DNA of 20,000 nucleotides from an uncultured virus (IMG/VR IMGVR_UViG_3300030095_006218) (lineage: Duplodnaviria > Heunggongvirae > Uroviricota > Caudoviricetes): the IMG/VR virus record IMGVR_UViG_3300030095_006218; one strand, written 5' to 3'. This document shows positions 15,777-20,000 of this stretch, in pieces. The first letter of the stretch is position 1. Every line of letters begins with the position of its first letter. A model generated the notes under the pieces. The model saw nothing but the letters and a program-made list of their open reading frames with translations. It was not told the origin of the DNA and did not search any database. Both the position numbers and the translations under genes were made by a program.

Positions 15777-16611
15777 AGTCCGTAGTAAACGGAACCTCCA
15801 TTTCTTGTTCAAAGCCACAAGCAGTGCACGAAAATTCCTGCCTCATATCAACGTTTGGAACGATTTTTTGATAAGCCTGACGTAAATACCGTGAGTCGGC
15901 TGCAGGCATAGTTTCAATAAACGTGTGCACTTGACTCTGATCAGTCACTCCGTTGGCAGATACGACAAACACTTTAAACTGGTCTGTCATTGGAGACTCC
16001 GGCAATCTGTTTTTGCGCTTATTTTCGGTCCACTTAATAAGGTATTTTTCGTCGTGCCCTGTTAAAAGCCTAACTTCTACATTTACCTTGCTATGTGGTA
16101 ATTTGACCATATATGTACCATTCTCGGTCTCGCTAATATCGTAGTCTTCGTAATTGTCACCACGATATAGGCTAATATCCTTTAAGTTAAAGGATGTGTC
16201 AGCGGCTGTTTGACACGCAGGGCATGTTACGCGCGTTTCATATAATTCTCCGTAGCCGCTAATTCTTGCAGCAACAATAAGGGCGTTTCTATCGCCAATA
16301 TATAAGTTATCTGCATTTATCCTCTTGTCAACAATAATGTTGTCAAGAAGACGATCCAAGGCAATACCCTTTTTAAGCAAAGTCTTTGAAGTTAGAATAT
16401 CTTCATCTTTTGCTGTCATAAACCGAATCTCAACACTATCAGTGTCGTGAAGCGGATGATCTTCAGGGTAATTTTTACCTTGTGATGGTAACTCAACAAA
16501 TTCGGTTGGTACTGAAAAGTTTAAGGCAGATTCTTGCTGCATCATCTCTGGTACCGGTGGTTGTTGTGTTCCTTGATTTTTTATGCCCAGTCTATCACTG
16601 TTTCTAGACAA
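15757..16611 (-). CDS. T4 gp26-like baseplate hub assembly / tail assembly chaperone
   Basis: VELPSQG, EIRFMTAKDEDIL, GDR..LIVAARI.GYG, two CxxC motifs (CPAC, CTAC) and a DFFW C-terminus. GAGGTG SD. Directly follows the tube gene. Confidence 0.78.
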   Translation of the reverse strand: MSRNSDRLGIKNQGTQQPPVPEMMQQESALNFSVPTEFVELPSQGKNYPEDHPLHDTDSVEIRFMTAKDEDILTSKTLLKKGIALDRLLDNIIVDKRINADNLYIGDRNALIVAARISGYGELYETRVTCPACQTAADTSFNLKDISLYRGDNYEDYDISETENGTYMVKLPHSKVNVEVRLLTGHDEKYLIKWTENKRKNRLPESPMTDQFKVFVVSANGVTDQSQVHTFIETMPAADSRYLRQAYQKIVPNVDMRQEFSCTACGFEQEMEVPFTTDFFWPKR

Positions 16612-16639
16612 ATATCACCTCTCATATTATAAAATTTTG

Positions 16640-17236
16640 TTAGCTCGACGTGGAGAAGAATTTCGTTGTGCTGTCGATCAAGCCGCCCGCAGCGGTTGTG
16701 TCCGAGCCATTTTTAGTAATACATTCCGCCCAGTCATATCTAATTTCCAAATCGATCATTGTTAAGTCGTCGGCTTCATAATCTAAATCGCCAAATTTAA
16801 CATCTTTAATCCAAGCGTTTTTAAGCACCCAAGTTTCAAGCTTGGTCCCGTCCACATCAATTTGTGCAATTTGAACAGAACCAAGCGCCCTTACCGCCTT
16901 AGCCTTACCCATGGTTTGTACAGTGTTTTTGTCGCCGGGAACTTTATATCCTGATGCGGCAATAATTGCATTAGTATTGGCAGCTGCATCGGGATTTACA
17001 GGATCCACAAGGGTCACTGTAACCGTATTCCACTCAACACGACCCGGATAATAGAATTTGTGATTTAAGAAAGTGTGTGCAGTTTCAGTAATTGTGAAAC
17101 TAGGCTTGCTTACCTTCTTGGCATGCCACGTAGCCGTGTCAGCTCCAAATCCTGCAATAGTTATTAACCATCTATAAGCTCTTTTTGGATCGCCTAATTC
17201 TGCGGCGCTCCAAAATGCGGATCCTCCTTCAGCCAT
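16640..17236 (-). CDS. Tail tube protein (T4 gp19-like)
   Basis: DPKRAYRW, YPGRVEWNTVTVT and W.LKNAW...V.FGDLDY...L.I.YDW motifs. Follows the sheath gene. GGAGG SD. Confidence 0.88.
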   Translation of the reverse strand: MAEGGSAFWSAAELGDPKRAYRWLITIAGFGADTATWHAKKVSKPSFTITETAHTFLNHKFYYPGRVEWNTVTVTLVDPVNPDAAANTNAIIAASGYKVPGDKNTVQTMGKAKAVRALGSVQIAQIDVDGTKLETWVLKNAWIKDVKFGDLDYEADDLTMIDLEIRYDWAECITKNGSDTTAAGGLIDSTTKFFSTSS

Positions 17237-17259
17237 TATCTAATCCCTCCGTTATATTG

Positions 17260-17267
17260 TATATAGT
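17260..17267 (-). promoter_or_regulatory. Candidate late-promoter motif ACTATATA upstream of the tail tube gene
   Basis: Intergenic octamer 9 nt before the SD, with no sigma70 -35 box at the expected spacing. Confidence 0.35.
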
Positions 17268-17302
17268 TTGTCATGTCGATATTTCTAGTATTTTTTTCAA
17301 CT

Positions 17303-20000
17303 CTAGTCATCGAATGAGGCTCCTGTTCTCGTTATAATGAAATCAATTGCAATGAATTCGATGGCGCGAGCAGGCTTGAGGAAAATCTTCGCATACAAGA
17401 TGTTTCTGTCGATAAGGTCGGCTGTAGTAGTCGTTTCATCTAGAACAATCTTATAGTCTGTGAGTCCCAATCCTGCCTTGACACCGGCAAGGAATGCATC
17501 TGCCTCACCTCTGAACTTGACCCAAGTACCTTCGACATTTTGCTCGAATAGGATTCCAGCAGCAATTCTTGAGATTTGCTTCTTAAGGAAGATCATCAAG
17601 CGACGTACATTGATTCTATCAAGTGCCGATGGGGTGACTTGTAGGGTCTTTTGACCGAACACCACCACACCTTCATTCGGGAAATCTGCGATTGGATTAA
17701 TATTCACTGCGTACAGATCATCCCTCTCTCTTGAAGTGAGTTTAGATGATACGCGGGTAATGTTAACGCCCGCAGCCATTTCGTTGTTCAGCCCTCCGCG
17801 GTTAAACCCTGCAGGGGCAAACCAGACTGCAGCAGTTTCTTGCGTAGAGGCCATAACACCCATCATTGGTACAGAGGGTGGTACCCAAAGCAGTTGGCCG
17901 CCGTCGTTCATTTGAACCCATGGGAAGTAACATGCACCATAGCTTGAATTAAGTGCTCGATCTGTAAGAGAAGTTATTGCTGTGCTAACATTAGGTCGTC
18001 TGGCAGTTTCTGCATCAGTACCCTCAGTAAATGGCACGTAATCGTTCTCAAGATCGATAACTGCCAGTGCATCGGCGCGTGCTTCGCAGACATCAATGAG
18101 TCTGTCAGTAAGAGCGGATTTGTTAATGCCCGGAATGGTCATAACGTTACACTCAACAACCTCTGGGTCTGATACGGCATTGATTGCGCGCTCAATAGAG
18201 TGGTAAGTATAGCTGCCTCTAGCGGTAGAGCCGATTCCACTGTTTCTAAAGGGCTCTTGCTCAGTGATGTTAAGTCCATCAAATCCGCCGGCAAAAACAG
18301 TTGTAAATGCATCATATCCGCGGTCAATGATATCCTTGTAGCTGCCCTCGACGGCCGAAATTGAGCCGCCGGCTGCGCGTGAGCCAGAAAGATAGTAATC
18401 TAGAACGTCAGGCTTGCTTATGGTCGAGGCGCCTTTGCAGACATCATCCAGCGTAAAGACCCACATGTGGTCTGTATTTGTTCCAGCTGTGAAAGTTTCA
18501 GCCCAAAGATTCTCAACAGGCTTGGGACGCAAATAGTCTGGCGTACCAACATCATATGAGGTGGAAGCAGATTGGTGTGTGCATGCACCCCAGTATGGCT
18601 TCTGTGCGGAGCTAGGCGCGCCAGTACCGCCCTCGGTGCTTACCTTTCTAAGTGGTACAGCCGGGAAGTCGAACGAGCCGGTAAAGTTACCGGTACCAAT
18701 TTCCATAAAGTTAGTGGCGGTACCATTCGTTAGAGCCGGGCTGGCGTTTCCTTTGACAAATGGTGCCGTGTGCTTAACTCCGCTACCATCGCCGGCGTGA
18801 CTTTCGAATACATAGGCAGATCCGCTTGTAGAACCGGAAACGAAACCCCAACTCTTGTATCTAGTTGGTCCATAGACGCCGAATGGAAGAAGGTTGGCAT
18901 CAGCCCCACCCTCATCGACGGTAGGATCCATTTCAATATATACTAAATCCGATTTAGGTGCGTAAGTGCCGTATGTACGCCAGCGGTTTTCAGTGTTATC
19001 CCATTCGTGATACATATCTCCGATCTTTCGTGCAACATAGTTTTCAGATTGCGGGTTTAGATTGCAGTTATTGAACTGCTCGATGTATTGTACTCTATCG
19101 TCGGTATCGCTAATGTGGCGGATTACAACTGAGAAGGTGCCGTATGGATCTTCGTCAGATCTTGAATACTTAAGATTATCAATTGAAACTTTGGCTGTTC
19201 TTTGCAAATCTTCTCCAGAGTCGCGCGCAACAAGTCTGAATAGCTTGCTCATGTTGGACGGGCCGTAGGTCGCATAGTCGCTACCTAAATCTTGTGAGAA
19301 GAACCACCCTGTTTTGGCCTCTTTGTAGCCGGCGCGGTTATCTTCGTGTCCATATCCAGAGGCATTCTGCAGAGGTAGAAGCACGGCATAGTATGTTGCC
19401 GATGCGGGTGCGCCGGGCGTGGCTTCCGCGATATCTTCCATTGCTCTTTCGTACGTCTCACCAAGCCAGTAATTTGTGGTTTGCGATGAAGGCGTTACAG
19501 TGCCGTTAACTAATTGTGGATTGGTGTTGAACACCTTTCTAGCATATGTTGCACTATCTTTGTTAAAGTCGAAGGTTACTGTACTAGCACCACTCCAACC
19601 CTCACCGGTAGTAAGTTCATGATCGGTATCTTTAATCAGCAACTTGAACTGCGCATTTCTAATACCAGTCACGGCGGAGTTCTGCTGCTTGATTGCTACC
19701 GCACTGCCGCTTGCGTTCGAGACTGTGCTCGGGAAGCCGGGGTCATATCCAATCTTTGATCCGCTAAGGGCTAATGCTCCACTATCGACATAAAAGACAG
19801 CAGCCAAGGTTCCGGTGAGGTTAGATACCGCACTGGCCGCGGCTGCTGTGTCCGCGCTAGCGGCGTCAGCACCGCCAGAGAAGGCTTCGGTCTTGAGAAG
19901 GGTTGATTCGAATCCGGTGGTCCGTGTAAGGACTGCTACATTTCCAGCAGTACCGGCATCATCCATAGTTAGGGTAATCTTAGTATCTGTACTACCGGCG
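17303..20000 (-). CDS. Contractile tail sheath protein (T4 gp18-like), 5' end outside the window
   Basis: WVPPS, WFAPAGFNRG, ERDDLY..NINPI, FGQKTLQ...SALDRINVRRL and KPARAIEFIAIDF motifs. The frame stays open upstream of ATG 19966 to the window edge (AGSTDTKITLT-M). Confidence 0.95.
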   Translation of the reverse strand, partial: AGSTDTKITLTMDDAGTAGNVAVLTRTTGFESTLLKTEAFSGGADAASADTAAAASAVSNLTGTLAAVFYVDSGALALSGSKIGYDPGFPSTVSNASGSAVAIKQQNSAVTGIRNAQFKLLIKDTDHELTTGEGWSGASTVTFDFNKDSATYARKVFNTNPQLVNGTVTPSSQTTNYWLGETYERAMEDIAEATPGAPASATYYAVLLPLQNASGYGHEDNRAGYKEAKTGWFFSQDLGSDYATYGPSNMSKLFRLVARDSGEDLQRTAKVSIDNLKYSRSDEDPYGTFSVVIRHISDTDDRVQYIEQFNNCNLNPQSENYVARKIGDMYHEWDNTENRWRTYGTYAPKSDLVYIEMDPTVDEGGADANLLPFGVYGPTRYKSWGFVSGSTSGSAYVFESHAGDGSGVKHTAPFVKGNASPALTNGTATNFMEIGTGNFTGSFDFPAVPLRKVSTEGGTGAPSSAQKPYWGACTHQSASTSYDVGTPDYLRPKPVENLWAETFTAGTNTDHMWVFTLDDVCKGASTISKPDVLDYYLSGSRAAGGSISAVEGSYKDIIDRGYDAFTTVFAGGFDGLNITEQEPFRNSGIGSTARGSYTYHSIERAINAVSDPEVVECNVMTIPGINKSALTDRLIDVCEARADALAVIDLENDYVPFTEGTDAETARRPNVSTAITSLTDRALNSSYGACYFPWVQMNDGGQLLWVPPSVPMMGVMASTQETAAVWFAPAGFNRGGLNNEMAAGVNITRVSSKLTSRERDDLYAVNINPIADFPNEGVVVFGQKTLQVTPSALDRINVRRLMIFLKKQISRIAAGILFEQNVEGTWVKFRGEADAFLAGVKAGLGLTDYKIVLDETTTTADLIDRNILYAKIFLKPARAIEFIAIDFIITRTGASFDD

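Noticed and set aside
15777..15818. GTG start at 15818 for the 86 aa ORF
   Set aside because: No SD, and it lies within the CxxC-containing end of the gp26-like gene. Frameshift entry or ATG 15722 is more plausible.
594..19759. Numerous plus-strand and nested minus-strand ORFs in the track (e.g. 594..842, 2456..2809, 11653..12045, 13130..13447)
   Set aside because: All lie within well-supported minus-strand genes and show no recognisable motifs; they are most simply shadow ORFs.
6688..20000. Bacterial extracellular contractile injection system or tailocin interpretation
   Set aside because: The tail genes are contiguous with gp32-like SSB, UvsX-like recombinase, polymerase and nuclease genes in dense phage-style packing, which indicates a phage.
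1..20000. Stop-codon reassignment
   Set aside because: Genes are full length under code 11, and TAA, TAG and TGA all terminate genes at sensible boundaries.
1..20000. tRNA, CRISPR array, IS element or DGR-type repeats
   Set aside because: Intergenic gaps are at most ~110 nt, and no cloverleaf, spaced direct repeats, transposase or reverse transcriptase was seen by eye.

Overview
This 20 kb window is from a large contractile-tailed (myovirus, distantly T4-like) dsDNA phage, with all credible genes on the minus strand in the standard genetic code. Read in transcription direction (right to left), the first module is tail/baseplate: an oversized tail sheath (5' end outside the window), tail tube, gp26-like chaperone plus an overlapping gp51-like ORF, a hypothetical gene, tape measure, two paralogous tube-initiator-like proteins, a LysM wedge protein, a ~1000 aa hub-like protein and an unknown 408 aa protein. 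The second module is replication/recombination: a miniature family A DNA polymerase, an overlapping divergent tubulin/FtsZ-like protein, gp32-like SSB, an acidic hypothetical, RecA/UvsX, a Zn-dependent deaminase, an unlisted 31 aa Arg-rich peptide and a stand-alone 5'-3' exonuclease (cut by the window edge). The most interesting signals are: (i) a coupled mini-PolA + degenerate tubulin gene pair behind a sigma70 promoter hidden in a coding sequence; (ii) a likely +1 (or -2) programmed frameshift at a U7 run joining the gp26-like and gp51-like ORFs; (iii) the protamine-like micro-ORF; (iv) hairpins flanking the SSB gene. All family assignments are from motif recognition by eye; no searches were run.
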